Shown piece by piece: positions 35,149 to 43,463 of a stretch of 64,000 nt of DNA. A program made the translations under genes and the position numbers. The first letter of the stretch is position 1, and the number at the start of each line of letters is the position of its first letter. The stretch is from positions 62,001 to 126,000 of the IMG/VR virus record IMGVR_UViG_3300034117_001294. One strand, given 5' to 3'. Under the pieces are notes generated by a model. That model searched no databases, was not told the origin of the DNA, and worked only from the letters and a program-made list of their open reading frames with translations.

Positions 35149-35699
35149 TGAAAATATGGATAACTAGCGACCTACATTTTGGACATAAGAACATTATGAA
35201 GTTCTGTCCACAGACAAGAGCACGATTTAGAGACGATGTTGCGTATATGAATAATGCAATGGCGGAAGAATGGAATGCTAAGGTCGCTCCCGAGGATATG
35301 GTTTACATCTTAGGAGATGTAGCATTTATGTCAGGCAGTGATGCAGGCCGAATGATGCATCGCTTAAATGGTGATAAAATTTTAGTTGAAGGTAATCACG
35401 ATCGCAAGACACTAATGGACGAAACGTTCCGTAGTGCATTTAAGGAAATACACAAGTATTTGGATATTACCTATGACGGCCACAAGTGCGTGATGTTTCA
35501 TTATCCAATTGCCGAATGGGACCAAATGCACAGAGGTGCATTACACTTTCATGGTCACTTACATGGTGGTAAGAGTGGAATCGAACAGTATCGTGCGTTG
35601 GACGTAGGAATGGATTCAACCGGAGAAATTGTTATATCTATGGATCGTGCTGTACGTATGATCAAAGATAATGTGATTAAAGGACATCATACCGGTTGA
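35148..35699 (+). CDS. calcineurin-like metallophosphoesterase
   Basis: SDLHFGH, LGD, GNHD, HGHLH. Confidence 0.9.
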   Translation: MKIWITSDLHFGHKNIMKFCPQTRARFRDDVAYMNNAMAEEWNAKVAPEDMVYILGDVAFMSGSDAGRMMHRLNGDKILVEGNHDRKTLMDETFRSAFKEIHKYLDITYDGHKCVMFHYPIAEWDQMHRGALHFHGHLHGGKSGIEQYRALDVGMDSTGEIVISMDRAVRMIKDNVIKGHHTG

Positions 35700-35749
35700 C
35701 AGTATGGTAAAACCATGCTATAATATAACTTATTAACAAGGAGAGTAGC

Positions 35750-36286
35750 ATGGAAGAATTTACTATGGAATTAACTGGGATGGATTTGGTCCATAAGGCC
35801 CAAGTTTTCGCTATTGCTGCTCACAGTGCCGTGGGTCAAAAGCGTAAGTATACCGGAGAACCTTACTTTGTTCACCCTGCAGAAGTTGCAAGGATTGTGG
35901 CAGAGGTTCCTGGCAGTACTGCTGAAATGGTAGCGGCTGCTTGGTTACACGATACAGTAGAAGATACCGGAGTTACCGCCACTGACATCCATATGAATTT
36001 TGGTCCGGAGGTTGCGGCGTTAGTTGGTTGGTTAACTGACGTGTCAAAGCCAGAAGATGGCAATCGTGCTCATCGCAAGGCCATGGACCGTGCTCACACT
36101 GCTGAAGCACCTGCTGAAGCACAGACTGTTAAGTTGGCAGATTTGATCTCCAACAGTCGTAGCATCATGGCACACGATCCTGCTTTTGCTAGGACTTACT
36201 TAGAAGAAAAGCGTTTGATGTTAGAAGTAATGACTCGAGGTGATCGTGGGTTGCACGCCGAAGCCAGCCGGTTCGTAGGTGTATGA
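35750..36286 (+). CDS. HD-domain hydrolase (SpoT/Mesh1-like)
   Basis: H..QKRK.TGEPY..HP, LHDTVED, VKLAD; own sigma70 promoter at 35696-35724. Confidence 0.85.
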   Translation: MEEFTMELTGMDLVHKAQVFAIAAHSAVGQKRKYTGEPYFVHPAEVARIVAEVPGSTAEMVAAAWLHDTVEDTGVTATDIHMNFGPEVAALVGWLTDVSKPEDGNRAHRKAMDRAHTAEAPAEAQTVKLADLISNSRSIMAHDPAFARTYLEEKRLMLEVMTRGDRGLHAEASRFVGV

Positions 36287-36576
36287 TTGATTTAGACGTT
36301 AATAGTTTTTATCCGCATACTCCTATGAACTGGTTTACTAAACGCCCCCGTAGTTTAGAACTGCGGGTTCGAGAAGATCTTGCTCCTCAGAAATACACTG
36401 TGTATTTTTCGGGCGGTGATTGGTGGGAAGAAAAAGATAAGATGACAGAGTGGTGCTCGAAGCAGTTTGGACACAGAAACAATGGATATAACAATCCTCG
36501 TTGGAGTCCTGGACCTTTTGAGTATAGATTTAAAAATGAAAAGGACGCTACGTTCTTTATGTTAAAGTGGGGATGA
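36283..36576 (+). CDS. hypothetical phage protein
   Basis: coupled ORF, C-terminal FMLKW. Confidence 0.6.
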   Translation: MIDLDVNSFYPHTPMNWFTKRPRSLELRVREDLAPQKYTVYFSGGDWWEEKDKMTEWCSKQFGHRNNGYNNPRWSPGPFEYRFKNEKDATFFMLKWG

Positions 36577-36577
36577 T

Positions 36578-36784
36578 ATGAAATTCTTTTGGGGCGATGC
36601 GAAAGGGCTCAAGGCAGATGTCGAACGTCATCGTGCTCACGAAGCCGAACTGGATGCTAAGATAGCAGAGTTAGAAGGCAAGGAAGATCCCATGAGCATT
36701 GCCGCATTGCGAGTATATCGTCGCTTCCGTGCCCAACTGCTACAGAGCAAGGCCGATGTTGTAACAAAGATTGGACGAAAATAA
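36578..36784 (+). CDS. hypothetical protein
   Basis: ORF in operon. Confidence 0.55.
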   Translation: MKFFWGDAKGLKADVERHRAHEAELDAKIAELEGKEDPMSIAALRVYRRFRAQLLQSKADVVTKIGRK

Positions 36785-36893
36785 TGTATATCACAAATAA
36801 ATTTAAATCAATCCGACTGCCCAATGAACCGGGCATGTTGGAATGGTTGAAAGAAACATACCCTAATTCAGGATACTATATTGTGGAGACAGT

Positions 36894-37079
36894 ATGAAAG
36901 ATGAAGGCCATTTACCTGTTGCAGAACAGAGCTTGATATTTCGTTTACGTAAACGAGCAGAGATCCGCAGACAGATTCAAGGACGTAAAAGCGTAGAAGA
37001 AGGCAAGCCGGATCGTATTGCGGATCTCTTAGAAGAAGCCGCCAACGAAATTGAACGGCTAAATTCGGAGCAAATATAA
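36894..37079 (+). CDS. hypothetical protein
   Basis: GGAG SD, coupled ORF. Confidence 0.6.
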   Translation: MKDEGHLPVAEQSLIFRLRKRAEIRRQIQGRKSVEEGKPDRIADLLEEAANEIERLNSEQI

Positions 37080-37285
37080 TGCAAATATCAAGAGCAGAAC
37101 AAAGTGTTATAAAGTACAATCAAGAACAATATCGTCTGGATCAGACTCGCTTGGAAAAACAACGAACTGAAGATTACGCAAAAAAAATTGAAGAACGTAG
37201 GCTTGATCAAATCATAGCAGAACGAGTAGCAAGAAATCTTCGTTTAGATTTGGACAAGGGCAGAAATATAGATATCGAATGTTAG
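37079..37285 (+). CDS. hypothetical coiled-coil protein
   Basis: coupled ORF. Confidence 0.55.
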   Translation: MQISRAEQSVIKYNQEQYRLDQTRLEKQRTEDYAKKIEERRLDQIIAERVARNLRLDLDKGRNIDIEC

Positions 37286-37294
37286 GAGGCAATC

Positions 37295-37762
37295 ATGCCA
37301 TGGATTGAAAATGTAGCCGCAGATGATATTCCGAAGAGATTTCATCACGAGGCAGGTGAGAACAGTATGCTGATCAGCATTGTTGATCCAGCAAGCTGGC
37401 GACCTACTCCTGCACACAAGTTCAAAGAAATTCACAATTTTGAATTTTTGGACGTCGAAGAAAAGGATGAGGTGCTGGAAGAAGCTATGAAGTGTAGTCA
37501 TGAGCAGGCCGCAGAGCTTGTTCGATTACTGCAACATGCACTGGAAAATAAGATGAACGTGGTTGTTCATTGCTATGCAGGTGTTTGCCGTAGTGGTGCT
37601 GTGTGTGAACTCGGAGTCATGATGGGCTTTGAAGACACTGGCCGCTTCCGTAGTCCTAACTTACTAGTTAAGCATCGCATGATGAAGTCATTAGGCTGGA
37701 CATATGATGCAGATGAAAAGCCAAACATTGATGATTGGCGAACTTTTAGAAGTGTAGACTAA
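37295..37762 (+). CDS. Cys-based (CX5R) phosphatase
   Basis: VHCYAGVCRSGA. Confidence 0.8.
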   Translation: MPWIENVAADDIPKRFHHEAGENSMLISIVDPASWRPTPAHKFKEIHNFEFLDVEEKDEVLEEAMKCSHEQAAELVRLLQHALENKMNVVVHCYAGVCRSGAVCELGVMMGFEDTGRFRSPNLLVKHRMMKSLGWTYDADEKPNIDDWRTFRSVD

Positions 37763-38637
37763 TGAAAGATCAGCAACACACATCCTCAAAGTTTCACACA
37801 CAGAATATAGTGTCGTATCCTTATGCAGAATACGGCATTAAGGGAGTCGGTAAGAATCGACTCCCTATTTTGTCAATGGACAAATATATTGATCACAGTC
37901 AAGACCAAAAACTTCATATCGAATGTTGCAAAGGTCTTGCATTAAACGAAGAATATAAAATGGGGATGACCTACGGAGCATTACCCCCAGAAGAAGTTGC
38001 CAGGTTTGGTGGACACGATTGTTGGAGTGAGATGCTTCAGCAACTGCATAAGTACGATCCAACAGGAGTGCATCGAGAAGCTCTTAAAGAAGTTATTGAT
38101 CGAAGTCCCGGAAAAGAAATGCAGGCAATGTACAAATATGCTTATTTTGCCATGGGTGCAGTTATTCCGTGGTTCTTTGCATTGTACTTAAAGAAAAATG
38201 ATTTTGGAAAGAAAACAGAGGACTTTGGGCAATGGACCGAAGCTGCAAAATTGTTTCCTAATGTAGTTGAGTACATTAACCAACTGCCGTTTAAGACAAT
38301 TGGTCGAGTTTTATTTTTTACAACTTACCCAAATGCCGGAGTAGTAACACATCGAGACAGTGTTATGGCTGAACACAGTGATCACAATATCAATTTATTT
38401 TTTGCAAGTGGAAGTCGCCCTAGTTTTATTTGGGACGAAAAGGCTAAGAAAAAGATTTATCTAGATAGTGACGCTCGTAGCTACTTCTTTAATAACCGCG
38501 ACTACCACGGAGTTGACCCAGAACCAGTATTTCGATATACTTTAAGAGTTGACGGAACGTTTACTGACGAGCTATGTGAACAATTAGGATTGGAAGACGG
38601 CCGCACTTGGAAGTGGAGTTACGAAACTCCTGATTAG
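37762..38637 (+). CDS. 2OG-Fe(II)/cupin-like oxygenase
   Basis: THRD...DYHGV...YTLRVDG. Confidence 0.6.
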   Translation: MKDQQHTSSKFHTQNIVSYPYAEYGIKGVGKNRLPILSMDKYIDHSQDQKLHIECCKGLALNEEYKMGMTYGALPPEEVARFGGHDCWSEMLQQLHKYDPTGVHREALKEVIDRSPGKEMQAMYKYAYFAMGAVIPWFFALYLKKNDFGKKTEDFGQWTEAAKLFPNVVEYINQLPFKTIGRVLFFTTYPNAGVVTHRDSVMAEHSDHNINLFFASGSRPSFIWDEKAKKKIYLDSDARSYFFNNRDYHGVDPEPVFRYTLRVDGTFTDELCEQLGLEDGRTWKWSYETPD

Positions 38638-39254
38638 AGTTTACCGTGATCTGTTAGACCGAGTGTTTGATATGCCCACATTCTTTCGCTACATTGAAAA
38701 CATTTTAAACATCTACCTGTTACTTGTTCAGTACAGGTATGCGTTAGATTTGCGAGTGCCTGAATTTCAAGTTGATCAACAAGATCAACTATGTGTGTCT
38801 TGTACAGCATCATAAAAGGCATCTCTATTCTAGGATTACTATTAGATATAGGCCTGTTAGGAAACTGCCATTTTGGATCTCCCCAAGGTTGTGGCGGATT
38901 TTGATTGATGCCTATAAACAATTTTTCTATTTCTGGATACTTTATTAGAACATGTCTAATGCCTGTTTGATTAATCTGGGTATGATGAATATCCGGTGAC
39001 CCTACTTTGATAGGGTCAGGTAGTCGAATATTAAACAGTAGATTTATGTACTCAATGATACCGTCAATGTACGCATACGAGCCGTCGTGTTTGGCAATAT
39101 AAAAAGGTTGGATGCTAGCAGTAGGACAATCTTTAAGCATTAGATAGAGCAATACTGCACTGTCTAGTCCTCCGGACATCATTAACCCGTAAGCTGTATT
39201 CTGTTGTAAATTCACAACGATCTGTTTACCATCTATCCTTGACTGAATTTCCAT
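38634..39254 (-). CDS. QueC-like PP-loop ATPase
   Basis: SGGLDS; C..CxxCxxC (TC...RCLKCFQC). Confidence 0.65.
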   Translation of the reverse strand: MEIQSRIDGKQIVVNLQQNTAYGLMMSGGLDSAVLLYLMLKDCPTASIQPFYIAKHDGSYAYIDGIIEYINLLFNIRLPDPIKVGSPDIHHTQINQTGIRHVLIKYPEIEKLFIGINQNPPQPWGDPKWQFPNRPISNSNPRIEMPFMMLYKTHIVDLVDQLEIQALANLTHTCTEQVTGRCLKCFQCSERMWAYQTLGLTDHGKL

Positions 39255-39294
39255 AATGTTGTATAATTAAAGTATATTTAAAAGAAAAAGATTT

Positions 39295-39368
39295 GCTCCT
39301 GTAGTATAAAGGCAGTACACTTCCTTGGTAAGGATGAGAAGCTGGATCGTTCCCAGCCTGGAGCACCA
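39295..39368 (+). tRNA. tRNA-Thr(GGT), unusual T loop
   Basis: TTGGTAA loop; T loop ATCGTTC; promoter at 39239-39267. Confidence 0.8.
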
Positions 39369-39372
39369 AATG

Positions 39373-39447
39373 CGGCCATTAGTGAAATGGATATCATGCT
39401 TGTCTTCGAAACAAGCGGTGTGGGTTCGATTCCTGCATGGCCGGCCA
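39373..39447 (+). tRNA. tRNA-Arg(TCG)
   Basis: CTTCGAA loop, GCCA. Confidence 0.88.
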
Positions 39448-39451
39448 ATAT

Positions 39452-39961
39452 ATGTATTTTATTCCAATAACTACAAAAAACGTATTTTCATATCATCTAA
39501 ATCCAAATGTTGGAAATTTTTGGGGTGTTGTAGATTCCTCGCCTTATTTAAAAATGTTAGGATTGGAAGATTTAGTCGATGATGTATATACCCTTTCTAT
39601 TTGGTTGAGTCCAAACTCGAAAGACATAATACATAAAGATCAACGGCTAGACGGTACGGGAGTTCGTTGGTCATTAGTAGTAGCACCAATAGGTCATGAG
39701 GATGTTTCGATAGAAATTTTTGACCAGATAAATGATACAACTAATACCTTTCATCAAAATTTTCATAAAAGTTCTATACCTTTATTAGATGAAAATAACG
39801 CAAAATTAGTTGACCAATGGAGTATGAAAAATGGCAGTTGTATTTTTGATGCGTACAATTATTGGCATACTGTAGTAAATTCTACAGATCAATTTAAAAA
39901 TATTATCAGTATAAGATCGGATCATTTAGAATTAGAGAAAATATTAGAAAAGTTTTTATAA
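39452..39961 (+). CDS. 2OG-Fe(II)/cupin-like oxygenase
   Basis: IHKD...WHTVVN...ISIR; start at ATG 39452. Confidence 0.55.
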   Translation: MYFIPITTKNVFSYHLNPNVGNFWGVVDSSPYLKMLGLEDLVDDVYTLSIWLSPNSKDIIHKDQRLDGTGVRWSLVVAPIGHEDVSIEIFDQINDTTNTFHQNFHKSSIPLLDENNAKLVDQWSMKNGSCIFDAYNYWHTVVNSTDQFKNIISIRSDHLELEKILEKFL

Positions 39962-40036
39962 CCCGCTATAGTTCAATGGATAGAACGGGGACCTCCTAAG
40001 TCTCAGATACAGGTTCGATTCCTGTTGGTGGGACCA
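39962..40036 (+). tRNA. tRNA-Arg(CCT)
   Basis: CTCCTAA loop, CCA. Confidence 0.9.
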
Positions 40037-40077
40037 AACGTTGTTGTGATGAGTAAGAAAAGAAAGTAAAATTAACA

Positions 40078-40305
40078 ATGTATAAAGTAATAAGCAAAAA
40101 TAAATTGACATTAAATGAATGTCTAACATTAAGTGACGCAATGATATTTGCCAAAACTGTTGGCATGTTTGTAACAATTAAAGGTCCTGACTTTGAAATT
40201 GTAGGCATGTTCGGAGTTGACAGTGTGAAAGACGGCAAGTGCCCGGACGGTGTTGCATACGATTGGAACAAAGCCAGTCGTATTGGGGCACCGAAGCGTC
40301 GATAA
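40078..40305 (+). CDS. hypothetical protein
   Basis: 75-aa ORF between tRNAs. Confidence 0.55.
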   Translation: MYKVISKNKLTLNECLTLSDAMIFAKTVGMFVTIKGPDFEIVGMFGVDSVKDGKCPDGVAYDWNKASRIGAPKRR

Positions 40306-40308
40306 AAT

Positions 40309-40398
40309 AGTGGGTTGCCAGAGCGGTTTATTGGCACATCTTGGAAAGGTGCAGGTTGCGAAAGCGGCACAAGAGTTCGAATCTCTTACCCACTGCCA
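40309..40398 (+). tRNA. tRNA-Ser(GGA)
   Basis: TTGGAAA loop, long variable arm, GCCA. Confidence 0.9.
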
Positions 40399-40429
40399 GA
40401 CATTTTGGATAACAAACTTAAAAAATTTG

Positions 40430-40458
40430 TTGACAACAAGAGTTAATTAGTATATAAT
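40430..40458 (+). promoter_or_regulatory. sigma70 promoter for the clamp-RNA/DUF2828 unit
   Basis: TTGACA-17-TATAAT. Confidence 0.85.
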
Positions 40459-40495
40459 TAATACATAGCAAGCAGTAATGCAAGCTAAGAAGTTT

Positions 40496-41003
40496 TAGGT
40501 TAGGTACAGCAACATTCATTAACTATGAACTGTTAGACACTGTGGTAGAAACTGGAGCAGAGTGCGTAAAAACACCGAGCGTTGAAGGGGTCTATTGAAG
40601 CAAGACTAACGAGCACAGAGTGATGGCCTGTGTAAAATAAAAGCAGTCAACAACTAACCTGTTAAATCCTAGGATGGATTCAGCAACTTAAACAATAAAC
40701 TCTGAACTAACTGCTATAGAAGATGGTCGCAGGACACAGTAGAAATACTGTTCTAGGAAACTAGACTCGAAGGAATAGACGACACATTGGAAAGACTTTG
40801 TATGATGATTGTACAGACACAACACAATCTAGGCGACATGAATTGTATGCTAGGCTTGCGAGACTTGAACCGATATACTGGGGATGGGGGTAAGCAGAAA
40901 ATAAAAATCCGTCTCAGCCATCCTGTTGTAGTTAGGTTAATTACAGCAATTTTAAATTGTATCATTAAAACCCGTGGGAACAACAAAGCCCACATTTAAC
41001 CTG
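40496..41003 (+). ncRNA. three tandem CAGCAA-clamp RNAs (40496-40661, 40670-40925, 40933-41003)
   Basis: TAGGTTAG/CTAACCTG, TAGGATGG/CCATCCTG, TAGGTTAA/TTAACCTG, each with WCAGCAA. Confidence 0.75.
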
Positions 41004-41015
41004 AAGGAAAAGAAA

Positions 41016-42431
41016 ATGAACGCATTTGTAGAAGCCGTTAAAAACCAAGAAGCCCGTACTGCCAATGGCATGAAGGCTCGCAAATCTACTGCCAACGCAG
41101 TAGTTGATCTGTTCTTCAAGATCGGTGCAAGCCGTGGTAAGGACATCACTAAGGACTTTGTTGCCGCGTATGTGGAAGACAAAGATCTAGCCCTGCGTGT
41201 TGCACAATGGGCACGAGACGTTCGTGGAGGTTCCGGTGAACGTGAACTGTTCCGTAGCATCTTAAAGTATCTGGAAAAGCACGATCCAGCAGCCGCAGAA
41301 GTGCTGATGGACAAGATCCCAGAACTTGGTCGTTGGGACGACTTGTTTGTATTTGAGTCCAAAGCATTGAAGGCTAAGGCTTTCACACTGCTAGGCGATG
41401 CACTTCGTGCTCGCAATGGCTTGGCTGCAAAGTGGACTCCTCGTAAGGGTAAAGTCGCCGCAGAAATCCGTGATTTCTTTGGTATGACTCCTAAGCAATA
41501 CCGTAAGTCATTGGTAGCAATGACTACAGTTGTTGAAACACAAATGTGTGCCAACGACTGGGATAACATCAACTTCAACCACGTGCCATCCGTTGCGGCA
41601 GCACGTTACAAGAAGGCCTTCGGCCGTCATACTGAAAAGTTTGCGGAATACGTGGCTAAATTGGCTAAGGGTGAAGCAGGTGTCAAGGTTAACGCCGGAG
41701 CTGTTTACCCATACGATGTCTTGAAGGGCGTGATCAACCACTACGGTGGTGTCAAGTTCAACAAGACAGAACTGGACCACATTGTAGCACAGTGGGAAGC
41801 ACTGCCTAACTTTGTCGGTGATGCTAGCATCCTACCATTGGTAGACGTTAGCGGCTCTATGAGCACACCAGCAGGTAAGGGAAGTTCTTTCTCTTGTATG
41901 GATGTTGCTGTCAGCTTGGGCTTGTACCTTGCTGATAAGAACAAAGGTGTGTTCAAGGACACATTCCTAACATTTAGCGGTTCACCAGAACTGTTGACTC
42001 TGAAGGGTAATGTGGTTCAAAAGGCTGAACAAATGGTTAAGTCTAAGTGGGATATGAACACTAACTTGGTTAAGGCTATGGACAAGATCCTTAGTGTAGC
42101 TGTTAATGGTGCTGTTCCACAAGAAGACATGCCAAAGATGCTGTTGATCTTGAGCGACATGCAGTTTGACGCCTGTGCAAAGTACGATGACTCTGCTATG
42201 CAGATGATCAAGCGTAAGTTCACAGACGCCGGATACGATGTTCCAAACATTGTATTCTGGAATTTGAACGCTAGCGACAACGTGCCTGTCAAATATGACA
42301 CACGTGGAGCGGCATTGGTTAGTGGTTTTAGCCCAAGCATCGTGAAAGCGGTCTTGAGTGCGGACACTGAACAATTCACTCCAGAAGGCATTATGATGAA
42401 AACCATCATGGTTCCACGCTACGATCTGTAA
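41016..42431 (+). CDS. DUF2828-type helical + VWA protein (Ro60/TROVE-like architecture)
   Basis: RDVRGG.GER, GRWDDL, AKWTPR, MIDAS DVSGSM, SDMQFD, WNL; SD AAGGA before ATG 41016. Confidence 0.78.
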   Translation: MNAFVEAVKNQEARTANGMKARKSTANAVVDLFFKIGASRGKDITKDFVAAYVEDKDLALRVAQWARDVRGGSGERELFRSILKYLEKHDPAAAEVLMDKIPELGRWDDLFVFESKALKAKAFTLLGDALRARNGLAAKWTPRKGKVAAEIRDFFGMTPKQYRKSLVAMTTVVETQMCANDWDNINFNHVPSVAAARYKKAFGRHTEKFAEYVAKLAKGEAGVKVNAGAVYPYDVLKGVINHYGGVKFNKTELDHIVAQWEALPNFVGDASILPLVDVSGSMSTPAGKGSSFSCMDVAVSLGLYLADKNKGVFKDTFLTFSGSPELLTLKGNVVQKAEQMVKSKWDMNTNLVKAMDKILSVAVNGAVPQEDMPKMLLILSDMQFDACAKYDDSAMQMIKRKFTDAGYDVPNIVFWNLNASDNVPVKYDTRGAALVSGFSPSIVKAVLSADTEQFTPEGIMMKTIMVPRYDL

Positions 42432-42446
42432 TAGGATTGTAGATCC

Positions 42447-42473
42447 AATACCCGCTTCGGCGGGTATTTTTTT
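42447..42473 (+). terminator. intrinsic terminator
   Basis: AATACCCGC-TTCG-GCGGGTATT-TTTTT. Confidence 0.9.
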
Positions 42474-42488
42474 GACTTAAATATCATC

Positions 42489-43412
42489 ATGAACTACGGC
42501 TTCGAAAACAATCAATTTTATGTAGAATTCCCAGCATTAACTAGGGTGCCAGGAAACATGCGAGAAGAGTCAGATAGAAGGGCTCGAAAACTTGCAGAAA
42601 ATCATCACAAGTTGATTTTAGGAATGAGTTCGGGTGTTGATAGTCAGAGTGTATTACACAGTTTCTTTACTCAAGGCATTCCGCTCGACTGTGTATTTTA
42701 TTATATGCCGGGGTATAATGATATAGAATACGAACAATTGCAATTAGTTAAGAAGAAGTACGGTGTACGCATCGATATTATTGATTTAGATCCGATACAG
42801 TACGAGGAACAAGTAATGAAAATTGCACAGGATCAATGTATCCATCCTGTGCAAGTAATGCAGAGTATTTTTACTAGACTTTTACCTGACGACGCCGATG
42901 TCATTCAAATGATTCATGATCCATTTGTACATATTACTCCGGACAATAAGTTTTATTTTTATCAAGGATATCACAGTCCCGAGGTAGCGAGAATGCGATC
43001 AATGGAGTTATTAAAAAGAAAAGGAAAGTATATACCTTACGGAGATCCATCAGAATTTCTTTATAGTATTTTAAATGATGATGTTTATCAATCGGCAATG
43101 CATACTCATAGATATTTTGACGGAAATGGGCTGTGCAAGGAAAACTTTCACTTAGATAGTGTAGATAGATGGGACTATTATATTAAACCAATAATTTATG
43201 GAAAGTATTGGAAAGACGAATTATTATACTTCCCAAAGTTTGGCGGATGGGAAAATGTTCCTTTTATGAAAAACGAACCATCTAATCCTGAATTAAAACT
43301 AACTGTTGGAAATTTGTATAGAAAGACTGCTGTGCTTATTCCTTACTTTGAATTTATTAAAGAATTAAAAAGTTCTAAAGTATCTTTGAAATACTTTCAG
43401 CGACCAGATTAA
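42489..43412 (+). CDS. PP-loop (adenine nucleotide alpha hydrolase-like) protein
   Basis: LGMSSGVDS. Confidence 0.5.
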   Translation: MNYGFENNQFYVEFPALTRVPGNMREESDRRARKLAENHHKLILGMSSGVDSQSVLHSFFTQGIPLDCVFYYMPGYNDIEYEQLQLVKKKYGVRIDIIDLDPIQYEEQVMKIAQDQCIHPVQVMQSIFTRLLPDDADVIQMIHDPFVHITPDNKFYFYQGYHSPEVARMRSMELLKRKGKYIPYGDPSEFLYSILNDDVYQSAMHTHRYFDGNGLCKENFHLDSVDRWDYYIKPIIYGKYWKDELLYFPKFGGWENVPFMKNEPSNPELKLTVGNLYRKTAVLIPYFEFIKELKSSKVSLKYFQRPD

Positions 43413-43463
43413 CTAGCTTATAGAAAAGTTAACATAGGTTACCAAACTGTTTAAATACGTTAT

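Noticed and set aside
26136-41003. Clamp repeats as a CRISPR array or insertion-sequence ends
   Set aside because: They are dispersed and irregularly spaced, stems covary rather than repeat exactly, and there are no cas or transposase genes or target-site duplications
40753-42409. Antisense and alternative-frame ORFs over the clamp RNAs and DUF2828 gene
   Set aside because: Shadow ORFs of a strongly codon-biased gene; the 40974 GTG start lies inside a clamp RNA, and ATG 41016 has the SD
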